This document shows positions 37,641-47,601 of a DNA stretch of 64,000 nt, piece after piece (the first letter of the stretch is position 1; the number at the start of each line of letters is the position of its first letter). Source of the stretch: a virus. The notes under the pieces are model-generated. The model did not search any database and had not been told where the DNA came from. It was given only the letters and a program-made list of their open reading frames with translations. The stretch lies in IMG/VR virus record IMGVR_UViG_3300036979_001044, positions 1 through 64,000 of that record; one strand, written 5' to 3'. Made by a program: the position numbers and the translations under genes.

Positions 37641-39053
37641 CTAGCTAATCACGATGTTTTCATCCGTAGTCCGTGCGATCTGATCGTCAAGCAGGATGAT
37701 GTCAGTGCTGGGTGTTACCAGGTTCACGTTGTAGACCCCAGCAACGCTCATCACCTTCTTGATCAACATCGCCCGCAGCACGTCCCCGGAAATGCCCAGT
37801 GTATTGATGTAGTCGCGGATAGCGGTCTTGATTGTCGCACGTACCTCCGCATTATCGTAACCGTCAAGCACGGTAATGATTGCGTTTACCGTCTGGATAA
37901 GGACCTGGGGAGTTGTCACAATCACTAGCACTCCAGCTGCCCGGTACCCTGGATAATTCACGCGATCCGCGGCAACCCCGTCAATGATCTTCTGGGCCAA
38001 CGCAATCAACCCAGTGTACCGGGTATAATTCGCCGTGATGATCTCGCCAGTGACCAATGCTGGGTAAAAGACGATCTGACCCGAAGCAGGATTCAGCCAG
38101 AAATCTACCCCTCGATCCAGCATCCCACGATTGTTGCTCTCCAAAGTGAAAGTCACCGTCCCTTTGATTGCTATGTAGTTCAGGTTCAGCCGTGTTTCAC
38201 CCCCAACCGCTGATCCGGCTGGAGGGCCAGAGAGCCCCTCGGTCACAATCTCGTCGACCACTTCCGCGGTAGACTCCGCCGCCCCAGTACCGTCGTCGAT
38301 ATAGACGGTAACGAGCCCCGGATTCACGATGTCCTCTACCGCCTTTATGAACATGATGGTTGCGCCGGTATCCAGATCGACTGCCCCGCGCACCGCCTCT
38401 TCAATGGCTTCGATGGTCGAACGCCCCAGCGAAGAAACAAATCGCTTGATCCGATTTCGGAAACTGTCGTCGGTTTCCTTATCCGATCCCCAGGAGAAGG
38501 AGCTTGGGTTGGTGACACTGTCGACTCCCGCCGGGCGGGACACAAAGCGGATGATGGTCGAAGCTACCACGTTTCCAGAAATTCCAGGAAGCACCGCCTG
38601 GGTGGCGATCTGCCCGCTATCCTTCCCGACCCCATGCCCGCTGATCTGTTCTGGACTGGTGGGGGTGATGGTTCCAGAAACTGTGGTGATGAACTCAGTT
38701 CCTACCGATGTGCGAACCTTGGTCCCAAGCGGGATGGTCACCGTTCCGACCGTCGTATTTCTGGAAAATACCAAGAGCCCAGTCGACTTTGCCGCCGCAT
38801 TTCTGGAAATGAGTCCGGGTTGGATCTCTCGCGACCGCTCGTCCAGGTCCTCCCCAGTCGCGGTGTCGATGGAGAACACCTGGCGCAGCAGGTACATCTG
38901 GTAGGAGATCTCATCGAGCTGGCGCGCAGTAGCGGCAATGATGTGCTTGACGACCGAGGTGTCGGAGATATCCGAGAGTTTGGTGCGGGTGACTATCTTT
39001 GCAATCATCTGAGCCAGAAACTGCTCATAGCGCTTGGTGGTGAAAACCGGCAT
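37641..39053 (-). CDS. baseplate J/gp47-family wedge protein
   Basis: TATGEDLD, G..GNV, V.NP....G.D.ETD..FR.R, Y.AAGV motifs. Confidence 0.9.
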   Translation of the reverse strand: MPVFTTKRYEQFLAQMIAKIVTRTKLSDISDTSVVKHIIAATARQLDEISYQMYLLRQVFSIDTATGEDLDERSREIQPGLISRNAAAKSTGLLVFSRNTTVGTVTIPLGTKVRTSVGTEFITTVSGTITPTSPEQISGHGVGKDSGQIATQAVLPGISGNVVASTIIRFVSRPAGVDSVTNPSSFSWGSDKETDDSFRNRIKRFVSSLGRSTIEAIEEAVRGAVDLDTGATIMFIKAVEDIVNPGLVTVYIDDGTGAAESTAEVVDEIVTEGLSGPPAGSAVGGETRLNLNYIAIKGTVTFTLESNNRGMLDRGVDFWLNPASGQIVFYPALVTGEIITANYTRYTGLIALAQKIIDGVAADRVNYPGYRAAGVLVIVTTPQVLIQTVNAIITVLDGYDNAEVRATIKTAIRDYINTLGISGDVLRAMLIKKVMSVAGVYNVNLVTPSTDIILLDDQIARTTDENIVIS

Positions 39054-39064
39054 CGCTCTCTCCT

Positions 39065-41053
39065 TTAGACCGCAGCCTTCAGCATGAATATATCCGCAGA
39101 TCCACGTACCGCCACCGTAAGGTCGGCGGACAAGGTATCGTCGGTTTGATCGAACGTTACATCCTCTATGGAACTGATCCGTGGATCAGCCCGTATCGCT
39201 TCGACGATCCGAAATCGAGCCAACTCGATATCGACTTCCGTGAATCCGAGTCCGACCACTCTCTGGAGTCCGACGTTCTTGTACAACGTATCAGTGCCTT
39301 TGTCGGTTACCAAGCGTTGGAGTACAGCCTGCGTGATGTTGGCCTTGCCCTCAACGATCTTGGCGTCAACCGAACCCATCTCGGTGTTTACGGGGATATC
39401 GTAGCGCGCTCCATGTTCCCCGGTATAGCCTACCGCTACCTCCAGAGCCAGGTCTACCCCCAGGAGTTGATTCTCAGCTGGTTCGTCGAGTTGTACCCCA
39501 GCGACTGGAAGAATCGGAAGATCCAGGGTGGAGACCTGATTCGAGGGAATGAGAATCTTGGACCCGATCCCGAGCGCCTGGGGAAAGGGGCTGCTGTCCG
39601 CGCCACTAGCTGTTCCAGAAATACGGCTTCCCACCAGCGGGGCCGATGCCTGATCGTTGATGAAGGGCGGTTGCAGCCCATTCATCGTGGCAATGTGCTG
39701 CCAGAGCCGTGCATCCCCCAGGTGCTGGGCAGACAGCGACATGAGCGTGTCCCCCTGCCCGATGATCACCTGTTTGGCCGAGCGAAATTTGAATACCTGG
39801 CCGCCATTGACAATCTCGCCGTCGATGGCGATTTCCTCCCCGGGAGTGAGCTTGCTGCCCCAGTTGCGCAGATCGGAGAAAGTCGAAGGCGCCGTCGACT
39901 GCCGCGCCTCCTCCCGGCGGTCCGCACTCACCCGACGGCGCATCTCCTGATAGCTGCGGATATCGTCCATGACCTTGTCGTGGCCGCGCTCCCACTTCGC
40001 GGGCGCAGTGCCCAGCCGCTCCAACCCATCTTGCACCTGGCGGAGCTTCTGCCGAGGGATCTCGGGAAAATCGAGAGTCGCATTGGTAGCATCCCGAAGA
40101 TCTTTCGCGGAGCTTTCGATGGCCAGCGCGTTCTCCAGCATCTCGATAGTGGTTTCCAGAAAAGCGTAAGGGGCCTGGATGAGCGCGGTAGCTCCGTCCA
40201 GAAAATCCTTGGTCGCCTCCATGATGGTGTTGACGTTGTCCAGAATGGTGTTGATGTTGGCGATGAACAGCCGCACCTCATTGATCATCGAGGTCAGATC
40301 GTTTATCGCCCCCTGCACCCAGCTCACCGCTGATTGAATCCAAGCCATGATGTCCTTGAGCTTGTCGTAGAGGCTCTGGTCTTCGGAGAAGTCCGCCTTG
40401 GCGTCGGTGGCCGGGCCTACAGCGAGCAGCTCGATGTCGTAGCGGTAGAGCAGCGGCTGGCCGGAATCGCGGGTGAGCGTGAATCTCTGGGGCACTACTT
40501 CCCAATCCTCTTGGTCCCGCGGGTTGTGGAAAAAAAGTTTGGTGTCGGCGGAGGTCTCCGGGTTCTTCTTCAAATCTGCGTAGGTCCGGAAGACCGAATC
40601 CTGGAGGTACTGGAAGTGGCGCTGTCCAGAAAGAGCGCCTATCCAGGTTTTTTGAAGCTCGCGAGAGTAGCTCCGGTCGGGAAGTTTCATCGAAGGGACC
40701 ACGGTCTTCTTCAGCGGTAGGGTCCTCGGCCTCCAGCCGGTGTGCCCGGAGATCCGGATGGTGCGCTGGACGATGCCGTTCTCTTCGACATAAAGCCCGC
40801 CCCCTTGAGTCGGGGTCACCTCGACGGTAAAGGGTTCCTCCATGCTGTAGCTCTGCGGGGGCAGAACCAGGGGAAAAATGAAAACGGTATCCCCGGCGTT
40901 CATGGCCGTAGCGACCTTCGCAGGGATTCGAAGTTCGAAGTAGTAGAGGAGTTTCTTGATGAAGAAGTCGTCTTTGTTCTGGATCTGCCGGGTCATCTCC
41001 TTGAAGACCGCGATCGCTCCCCCCGCAGCCGCAGGAATATTAGGCAGTGCCAT
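39065..41053 (-). CDS. baseplate protein with LysM and C-terminal gp25/gpW-like domain
   Basis: GDTL.SLS...LGD...W..IA..N LysM; G.ANI.QA...RL.T..G...ADPRI gp25-like. Confidence 0.75.
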   Translation of the reverse strand: MALPNIPAAAGGAIAVFKEMTRQIQNKDDFFIKKLLYYFELRIPAKVATAMNAGDTVFIFPLVLPPQSYSMEEPFTVEVTPTQGGGLYVEENGIVQRTIRISGHTGWRPRTLPLKKTVVPSMKLPDRSYSRELQKTWIGALSGQRHFQYLQDSVFRTYADLKKNPETSADTKLFFHNPRDQEDWEVVPQRFTLTRDSGQPLLYRYDIELLAVGPATDAKADFSEDQSLYDKLKDIMAWIQSAVSWVQGAINDLTSMINEVRLFIANINTILDNVNTIMEATKDFLDGATALIQAPYAFLETTIEMLENALAIESSAKDLRDATNATLDFPEIPRQKLRQVQDGLERLGTAPAKWERGHDKVMDDIRSYQEMRRRVSADRREEARQSTAPSTFSDLRNWGSKLTPGEEIAIDGEIVNGGQVFKFRSAKQVIIGQGDTLMSLSAQHLGDARLWQHIATMNGLQPPFINDQASAPLVGSRISGTASGADSSPFPQALGIGSKILIPSNQVSTLDLPILPVAGVQLDEPAENQLLGVDLALEVAVGYTGEHGARYDIPVNTEMGSVDAKIVEGKANITQAVLQRLVTDKGTDTLYKNVGLQRVVGLGFTEVDIELARFRIVEAIRADPRISSIEDVTFDQTDDTLSADLTVAVRGSADIFMLKAAV

Positions 41054-41222
41054 GGCGCCTCCTCATGATGCCCGTCGACCCCCTGGTGCTGCCGTGGACA
41101 ACAGCACCAGGGGATCGAACACTCAAAATCGCGGGAGACTCGGCTGGCAATAGCCGATGACCAAAGGCCACTCCAGTATACCGCCCGCAATGAAGGTGTA
41201 AAGATCCCATCCGCGCACTCTC

Positions 41223-42275
41223 CTAACCATCTGGAAAGAGTAACTTACTGGACTCGATGCCGCTATCCCAGGCCGGGGCACCCACTGGAACCGACGGCGG
41301 AGCAGTCGGCCCGCTGTGGGTGTGCAAGTCGGCCGCATCCAGTTTTGTTTTCAATGAGTTATAGAGGGTCTTGAGGTGCCCAGCGATGGCCGCCTTCACC
41401 GCTCCGTTGCCCAGGGTGAGCTTCGCCGTGGCAGCTTTTCCCTCTACCAGCAGCTCGGTCTCTTCCGCCAGGGTCACCTTGAATCCCGTTTTCTGGAACG
41501 ATAACCTAGCGATTTCCGTAGGGGTATCCGGAGCCGCCATGTCGTAGATGACCACCTGGAGCTTGGCCTCCTTGGGTAGGTTCAGGGTCTGGTTCCCCTT
41601 GGCCGCATCCGTCGGGTAGAGCTTCTCCTGGCCGGTGCTCTCCAGCTTTCCATCGTTCCCCCGGCGGGTATCGATCAGGAAGTTCCCCAGCCCGTCCACT
41701 CCCCAGTGCACCCCGTTGTGCCGGCGGAGGTCGGGGTTCCCGTCGGCGACCTTCAGCCCCATCCGCACCCCGAGGTCCCCTTGCGCTCGGCCCAAATCCA
41801 GAACTGGGTGGGGCAGAGAACCCAGAATGATGGGCATCTCCGGGGAATCATTCATGAATCCTATGAGTACATGGTCTCCATCGACGTAGGCAGGATCGGA
41901 CTTCGAGGACAGCTCTTGGTTGATGTCCATGGTCGTGGCCCGTGGAATCCAGATCCTTCCCGCATGAATCCCAGTCCCCCCTTCCTGGAGAACCATCACG
42001 TTCTTGAGCCCATGCCAGCGTTCTCCAGGGATCGAAGGGTAGACCAGCACGTCGCAGTAGACCCCCACCGGAGTGGCAGCCTTGGTACCGCTCTGTAGGG
42101 CCCCTTCTGGGCCATAGGGATGCTGGGGGGCATCCTGGGTATAGCTCGCGACCACCACGCCCCGCAGGAGCAGCCCGTTTGCTCGGAGCGAGGGTCCAGC
42201 GCTCTTGGGCGTAGCCGACTGGAGGAGGGTGCCCGCGCGGGTGCGATGGGGCCGGAAGTTTTCGTCTACGCTCAT
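41223..42275 (-). CDS. baseplate central spike (gpV/gp5-like)
   Basis: OB-fold GD.VLIGF....P.ILG; C-terminal HTH (His-x-His) metal-binding apex. Confidence 0.75.
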   Translation of the reverse strand: MSVDENFRPHRTRAGTLLQSATPKSAGPSLRANGLLLRGVVVASYTQDAPQHPYGPEGALQSGTKAATPVGVYCDVLVYPSIPGERWHGLKNVMVLQEGGTGIHAGRIWIPRATTMDINQELSSKSDPAYVDGDHVLIGFMNDSPEMPIILGSLPHPVLDLGRAQGDLGVRMGLKVADGNPDLRRHNGVHWGVDGLGNFLIDTRRGNDGKLESTGQEKLYPTDAAKGNQTLNLPKEAKLQVVIYDMAAPDTPTEIARLSFQKTGFKVTLAEETELLVEGKAATAKLTLGNGAVKAAIAGHLKTLYNSLKTKLDAADLHTHSGPTAPPSVPVGAPAWDSGIESSKLLFPDG

Positions 42276-42286
42276 CGGTCCCTCAC

Positions 42287-43780
42287 CTACGCCCAGTCAT
42301 ATTGTGGCATTTCCGGCTCTTTGAACCGGCTAGAGATTTTCTGGAGGGCCTCCAGCATCGACCAGTCTGAGCCAATCCAGCCCCGGGTGATCCCGAGGTT
42401 GGTGCGTGTGCCCTGGCCGAAGCTCCAGCTGTGCCCGACCGACTCCAGGTAATAGGTCTCCTGGTCCTCCTCGCCGCGAGATCCAGGGATACGAACCTTG
42501 CATCCAATCTTGAGGTCCGGGCGGCCCACCCCGAGCCCCAGCGTTCCAGAAAGGAAGTAGGGATTGAGGGCGTGCCAGTCCTTGGCGATGAGCCTCTGCT
42601 GGTAGCAGAGCTTCGAGAAATCGAGATTGGATTCGTCGGGGGCGATTGAACTCTGAATATCGAATCGACGCAACCCATGCTGGTGGATCGACTCAGCGTC
42701 AATAAGGGGAACGATGATGTTGAGCGAGTTTCCGCCAAACGCCTCCTGGTGCAGCATGCTCGCGGTGTAGAAGGCGTTGAAGCGCTCCAGTCCTGAGCGG
42801 CCCACGTTGGCCGTGATGATCTGCTGGCGGGGCACGATGAACATGGGCAAGTTATCCCAGTCCTGGTTATAGGCGTCGATGTTCTTGTCCACGATCGGGA
42901 AGGGCCTATCGCGGATAACCACAGTCATCTGGGTGTCCTTGGGCTCCAGAGCTGAACCAGCTTCCAACTTGGGACTGAATGGGTCGCCGTCGGGGAACAG
43001 ATCGGTGTACAGCTCCACAAACGCCGGATCGGAATGCTGTTGCGCCGTGGCCCAAAGCGTTCCGTTCATCTCCATGTAGTTGGCGTTGAAGCATTTACGT
43101 TTGGGCACGTTCTGGAAATGGTCCTCGCTATATTTCACCCAGCCGAGGAAATTCCCGCCCCCATTGGGCATTGATAGAGGCATGCTCCAATCTATCCCCG
43201 CATGGGTGGTGATGGCGTTCATGAAGCTCCACAGGTAAGCCTTCACCGCGACGTTGGGCGCCCCTTGGATTTTTGGCAGAGCGTTGAATACTGCCGAAGC
43301 CGTAGCATCCGAGATGAGGTCGTTGGTCATGTACGGCGAAAACCAGATCGGGGTGATTTCCCAGATCTTGCCGAAATCCTTACCCACGATGGTATAGGAT
43401 TCGACCGTTGCTCCGGTACCGCCCACCGCCTGATTTCTGCGGATCTCGTCAACCAACCCGCGCATCACATGCCAAGGCTGATCCTTGCGGTAGAAGGTGA
43501 TGTCGATCCAGTCATCATCGCAGACATGCTTGAACAACTCGAAGGCCGACCGCGACGGTTTGAGATCGATCTGGAAGGAACCACTCGCCGCCCCGAGCAG
43601 CTTTTGGGTGGACACCGCTACCAACGAAGGGCTCTTTGCATCGGCGCGTTTTCCAGAAAATGGGTAGGCGCTGGCATTCCCTGGGGTCATGATGATCGGA
43701 TCATCTCCGCGCGAGTAAAGAGTCACCGCAACCCAACTGGTCTCGCTACCCTGAAAACCTGGTTTGTACCCAGTGTCCAT
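42287..43780 (-). CDS. baseplate hub (gp27-like)
   Basis: Follows the tape measure by TAATG overlap; G..DL.IG..V...YY.ESV.H.W C-terminus. Confidence 0.7.
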   Translation of the reverse strand: MDTGYKPGFQGSETSWVAVTLYSRGDDPIIMTPGNASAYPFSGKRADAKSPSLVAVSTQKLLGAASGSFQIDLKPSRSAFELFKHVCDDDWIDITFYRKDQPWHVMRGLVDEIRRNQAVGGTGATVESYTIVGKDFGKIWEITPIWFSPYMTNDLISDATASAVFNALPKIQGAPNVAVKAYLWSFMNAITTHAGIDWSMPLSMPNGGGNFLGWVKYSEDHFQNVPKRKCFNANYMEMNGTLWATAQQHSDPAFVELYTDLFPDGDPFSPKLEAGSALEPKDTQMTVVIRDRPFPIVDKNIDAYNQDWDNLPMFIVPRQQIITANVGRSGLERFNAFYTASMLHQEAFGGNSLNIIVPLIDAESIHQHGLRRFDIQSSIAPDESNLDFSKLCYQQRLIAKDWHALNPYFLSGTLGLGVGRPDLKIGCKVRIPGSRGEEDQETYYLESVGHSWSFGQGTRTNLGITRGWIGSDWSMLEALQKISSRFKEPEMPQYDWA

Positions 43781-46158
43781 TAACCACCCAATCCAGTCTG
43801 TACTTTTATCAGACCCCAAAGATCTTTAAGAGACGCTCCCTCTTTCCCGCTCAGTACTTCGATAGCGCCAGCCAGCTCCTTAAATTTATTAGTCAGACTC
43901 ACCACTGCGCCGGCGTCGCCGGTCAAGTTGGCGAAGGACTTGACCAGTGTAGCCGCGGCCATGTCCATGGTGTTGACCACCCCGATCATCTTCTCCCCGG
44001 CGGCAATCTGCTTGTTCTGGATGGCGGCTTGTGTCTTCAATTCTTCAGGTACCATCCCCTTGGCTTCTCCTATCAATCCCCCTGGAGTGCCAACCTTCCC
44101 CGCCTCTATTGCCCCCGACTTTCGTCGAGCAGCTTCCTGATCCACCATCGTCTGTTCTTCTGGCGTGAGCTTTTCTCCCGAAAGTTGCTTGTCCAGCATC
44201 ACCATCTCTTGCTGGCTCATGCTCACGTTCATCTGGTTCTGCATCAAATTTCGCAGCATGAGGCGACCCGCGGCCTTATCTCCGCCAGTCATGCTCATGA
44301 TGCGTTGCATTACCCCACCCATCGGGCCGGACATAGCCCCGCCTACGCCCTGATCTCGCATCTGCTGACCAGCAGCCTCCATCTTGATGAGTGTCTGCTC
44401 GTACTCTGCGGCTCCTCCCTTGCCGGTGAAGCCAAAGGCCTGGAGGGTCATATAGTCCATCCCCGTCGCGGGCCCTCCTTTCGCGCCCATGCCTTGCACG
44501 TACTGCCCAACCCCCTTAGCCATTTGCACCGCGCGGGTTCCAGCGATACCTGCTTTCGAGAAGCTCTCAGCCATGCCCTTGATCGCGTCGGGCGCGATCG
44601 GAATTCCAGTCGTCTCCCACTGCTTGATCCCTTCAGCCATCGACTGCATGTAATCGACTAGCTCGCTCCCTTCCAACCCCAGCTTGAGCCCATCGCCTAT
44701 CGCCCGAGTCATCATGGTATCGGCTTTTCCAGGGCCCCCGACTATCCCGCCCCGCCGGCCGGCTTGCAGGAAGGCACCCGAAGTTTCAGGACCAACACCG
44801 TAGAGCGTCTTGGCTGCAAAACCAGTTCCCAGCATTCCCTGCTTCATCATTTCTCGCGCGCCACCCCCGCCCGCCTGGATAATTCCGGTCATGGCCTGGA
44901 GCGCTTGGTCCTTGGCCATGCCGTACTGAACGCCCTCGCGGGTGGCTGCGTAAACCGGTTCGTTCATTTTTCTACGAGCAGCAGCAACGGCACGTTGCCG
45001 GGATTCTTTTGCTTGCTGTTCCGATGCGCGATTGTCGGCCGCCCCCATCGCCTGCCAGTTGCCTTGTTGCTGGACGGTAAATTGGGTGAATTCTTTCTCG
45101 TCGATCATCTTCCTAGCATTTTGGGCCCATTTATATTTTTCATAGCCGCGGGGGATACGAGTCGCGTAGCCCCCACCCTCGGGGTTAGCGCGGGCCGCGC
45201 GTTCAGCGGCTTCCGGGTTGTTGGCGTTGAAGCGATTGCGCATCCCTGGAATCATTTTCTGGAATTCTGCATCCGAGTAGATTGCTGCATTTTGCTTGCG
45301 GGACCGAGATACTTCCGCCTGGTACCGAGTACCTGCGGCGCCTTGCGCCTGCATCATCCCAACCCCACCGCCCAGGAAGGGCAATGCTTCCAGTTGCTGC
45401 CGGCGCCACTCCATCGCCCGGCCGGCGTAGCCGACCGCGGTCCCCATCATCCCGCCGATGATTCCACCCCCGGGAAGCGCGCTGGCCATCTGGGCCAAGC
45501 CCTGGGCGCCCTGGAAAGGTGCTTGCGCCATAGCTCCAGCAACCCGGCCAGCCATGCGGAACGGCGCCGCCGCTGCTCCGCCGATCATCTGGCCGATCAT
45601 CTGCCGGCGCATCCCCGGGCCACGTTCCAGAAATAGCGGGGGCATGCCTGGAACCGCTCCCTGCGCCATGCCCTGGAGGAGCGCGCCCTTGGCTCGTTGC
45701 TCGTAATTCTTCTTCCTGTCTTCTTCCCGCCGGGCAGCATCCTCTGTTGCCTGCTTGCGCTTTTCATCGGTCTTGAGGAGTTGTTCGTTGGCCCGGTTCA
45801 GCTCCTGAGCGGCCTTGGCCTCTGACTGGTAGGCTTTCTCCAGGTTCTTGACCGCCCCCTCCAGCCCGGAGGATTCTTCCTGGGCGAGTTTCAGCGAGAC
45901 GGCCATTGCCTTGTAGATGTTGGTGGACTTGTCCTTCATCCCCGACATGACTTCGAACAGCTGGGCCTGGGTCTTGGCGAGCTTGCTGATCTGGTTTTCG
46001 AGCCCCTGGACCTTGGTCTGCGAGTCCTGATAGCTCTTGGCCTGTTCCTTCATCCCCCGCAGGGAGTTTTCATTGACCTTGAGGATTTTCTGGAGCGCCT
46101 CGTCAAAGCCCTTGGTATCCGCAGTGATGACTACGCCAGTTCGGACTTCGCCTGCCAT
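43780..46158 (-). CDS. tape measure protein
   Basis: Ala/Gly/Gln-rich helical protein after the tail chaperones. Confidence 0.8.
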   Translation of the reverse strand: MAGEVRTGVVITADTKGFDEALQKILKVNENSLRGMKEQAKSYQDSQTKVQGLENQISKLAKTQAQLFEVMSGMKDKSTNIYKAMAVSLKLAQEESSGLEGAVKNLEKAYQSEAKAAQELNRANEQLLKTDEKRKQATEDAARREEDRKKNYEQRAKGALLQGMAQGAVPGMPPLFLERGPGMRRQMIGQMIGGAAAAPFRMAGRVAGAMAQAPFQGAQGLAQMASALPGGGIIGGMMGTAVGYAGRAMEWRRQQLEALPFLGGGVGMMQAQGAAGTRYQAEVSRSRKQNAAIYSDAEFQKMIPGMRNRFNANNPEAAERAARANPEGGGYATRIPRGYEKYKWAQNARKMIDEKEFTQFTVQQQGNWQAMGAADNRASEQQAKESRQRAVAAARRKMNEPVYAATREGVQYGMAKDQALQAMTGIIQAGGGGAREMMKQGMLGTGFAAKTLYGVGPETSGAFLQAGRRGGIVGGPGKADTMMTRAIGDGLKLGLEGSELVDYMQSMAEGIKQWETTGIPIAPDAIKGMAESFSKAGIAGTRAVQMAKGVGQYVQGMGAKGGPATGMDYMTLQAFGFTGKGGAAEYEQTLIKMEAAGQQMRDQGVGGAMSGPMGGVMQRIMSMTGGDKAAGRLMLRNLMQNQMNVSMSQQEMVMLDKQLSGEKLTPEEQTMVDQEAARRKSGAIEAGKVGTPGGLIGEAKGMVPEELKTQAAIQNKQIAAGEKMIGVVNTMDMAAATLVKSFANLTGDAGAVVSLTNKFKELAGAIEVLSGKEGASLKDLWGLIKVQTGLGG

Positions 46159-46159
46159 T

Positions 46160-46516
46160 TCAGTCCTCCAGGTTGGGCACCCGCCCCTCCTCCAGGTCCT
46201 GCTCCCATTGATCGATCAGATCGTCTTCTCTCTCCTGCGGATCTCCGAGCGCCTCGTTGAGCGACTTCAACTGCCGCGCCAGCACCTGCCTCTCCTGCAT
46301 CCGGGTATCTTCGCTCTCCAGCTCGGCCACAACTTCCCGCTTCCGGATGAGGAGGTCCTCGATCATCTCCTGATTCAACTCCGCCACGGTCTGTTCCAGA
46401 AAAAGCGGGTGATTCGTCGGCAACTTGTACTTCTGGCTCCACCAACGTCGTAACCCGGTGAGCCCACTTGCGACTTCGCGCTCAGCTCGTCGCCGTACCC
46501 TTCCCGTATCCGAGAA
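46160..46516 (-). CDS. tail assembly chaperone, frameshifted C-terminal part
   Basis: No good own start; +1 frame relative to 46482..46994; WWSQKYKLP..HPLF. Confidence 0.6.
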   Translation of the reverse strand, partial: FSDTGRVRRRAEREVASGLTGLRRWWSQKYKLPTNHPLFLEQTVAELNQEMIEDLLIRKREVVAELESEDTRMQERQVLARQLKSLNEALGDPQEREDDLIDQWEQDLEEGRVPNLED

Positions 46517-46994
46517 AGGTGCTTTCGTGATTTGCCACCTCCATGTACAGCTCCTGGAGCAAACGCACGTCATCGAGCACCAATAGATCCTCGGCCCACT
46601 TCGGCCGCGCAGCGAGACTGAAAGAGAGATGCGCGATCATCAAGTTGATTTCGCAGGTGTAGGCGTCCAGATTCGACGGCGAGATCCCCGCAGCCAGGTT
46701 CGACCGCATGATCCCAACCAGCTGCCGATCCCGGATGGAAAGCACCTTGTTGGTGAATTTCCCTTTCCAGATTTTGCCCCGCCCGTCTTTCCAGTTGAAA
46801 TCGAAGGTGTACTCGCGCTGAGATTTCAACGTATCGGATGGAGTTTCTGGAATTTCCTCCGCCACCAGGTCCTCGACCTTTTGGCTGATCGCTTCCTTCA
46901 GGCTCTCGATTTCCTCGGGCACCAGCTTTCGCAGATGCGCTGGGTTGGTTAATTTTTCATAGGTCCCCGGGGGTATCCCGATTTTTTCGTTCAT
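46482..46994 (-). CDS. tail assembly chaperone
   Basis: Between tube and tape measure; G.F......D...I...R...P.W...LY pattern. Confidence 0.7.
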   Translation of the reverse strand: MNEKIGIPPGTYEKLTNPAHLRKLVPEEIESLKEAISQKVEDLVAEEIPETPSDTLKSQREYTFDFNWKDGRGKIWKGKFTNKVLSIRDRQLVGIMRSNLAAGISPSNLDAYTCEINLMIAHLSFSLAARPKWAEDLLVLDDVRLLQELYMEVANHESTFLGYGKGTATS

Positions 46995-47062
46995 GGCTCG
47001 CTCTCCTATCTTCTGGTTCTGGAGTCGAGAATACGGGATGGAGGAAGAGGAGGCAATATCTC

Positions 47063-47109
47063 AAAAAGAAAGGGCCGCCAGATGTGGGGGGGAACACCTG
47101 AGACCCTTT
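47063..47109 (-). terminator. rho-independent terminator after the tail tube gene
   Basis: Imperfect hairpin followed by TTTCTTTTT on the minus strand. Confidence 0.55.
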
Positions 47110-47141
47110 GCTAGCTCAGACTATCATGTCCAAGCATTCTA

Positions 47142-47591
47142 TCAGATCATTTCGCTCTCGTCTTTGACTCGAATGGCGACGAACTCCATCTCCTCGCCAA
47201 CGATCCCGCGAGCGTCGATCGTCCAGTTGTGGCTGGCTATCTTGACCTGGTCGAGATAGCAAATCACCTTGTTGGTCTTGGTGTCCTCAACCTGCGCGTA
47301 CAGAACGCCGGTGGTGAGGATGTTGCTGAGGTGGTCGTCGGTCGTCTTTCCCGTCGCAGGGAACCAGCCCTTGCTCTTGAGCGTCTCGCCGACGATGCGA
47401 AACATCGAAGCGGTGAACCGCACCCGGTAGGCAACCGGGACGTGCTCCTCCACCTCGATGTTGTCGAGCACCTCGACCGGCTGGTACTCGATCTCCTCGG
47501 TGATCGCGACGTTCCTGGCGTAACCGACCTTGACGCCCTCGATGGAGAATCGAGCGCGCGCACCCGTCAAAAGGTTTCCTTTGGAAGCCAT
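47142..47591 (-). CDS. tail tube protein
   Basis: 149 aa directly after the sheath; Twort/SPO1-type tube pattern. Confidence 0.85.
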   Translation of the reverse strand: MASKGNLLTGARARFSIEGVKVGYARNVAITEEIEYQPVEVLDNIEVEEHVPVAYRVRFTASMFRIVGETLKSKGWFPATGKTTDDHLSNILTTGVLYAQVEDTKTNKVICYLDQVKIASHNWTIDARGIVGEEMEFVAIRVKDESEMI

Positions 47592-47601
47592 GGATCACTC
47601 C

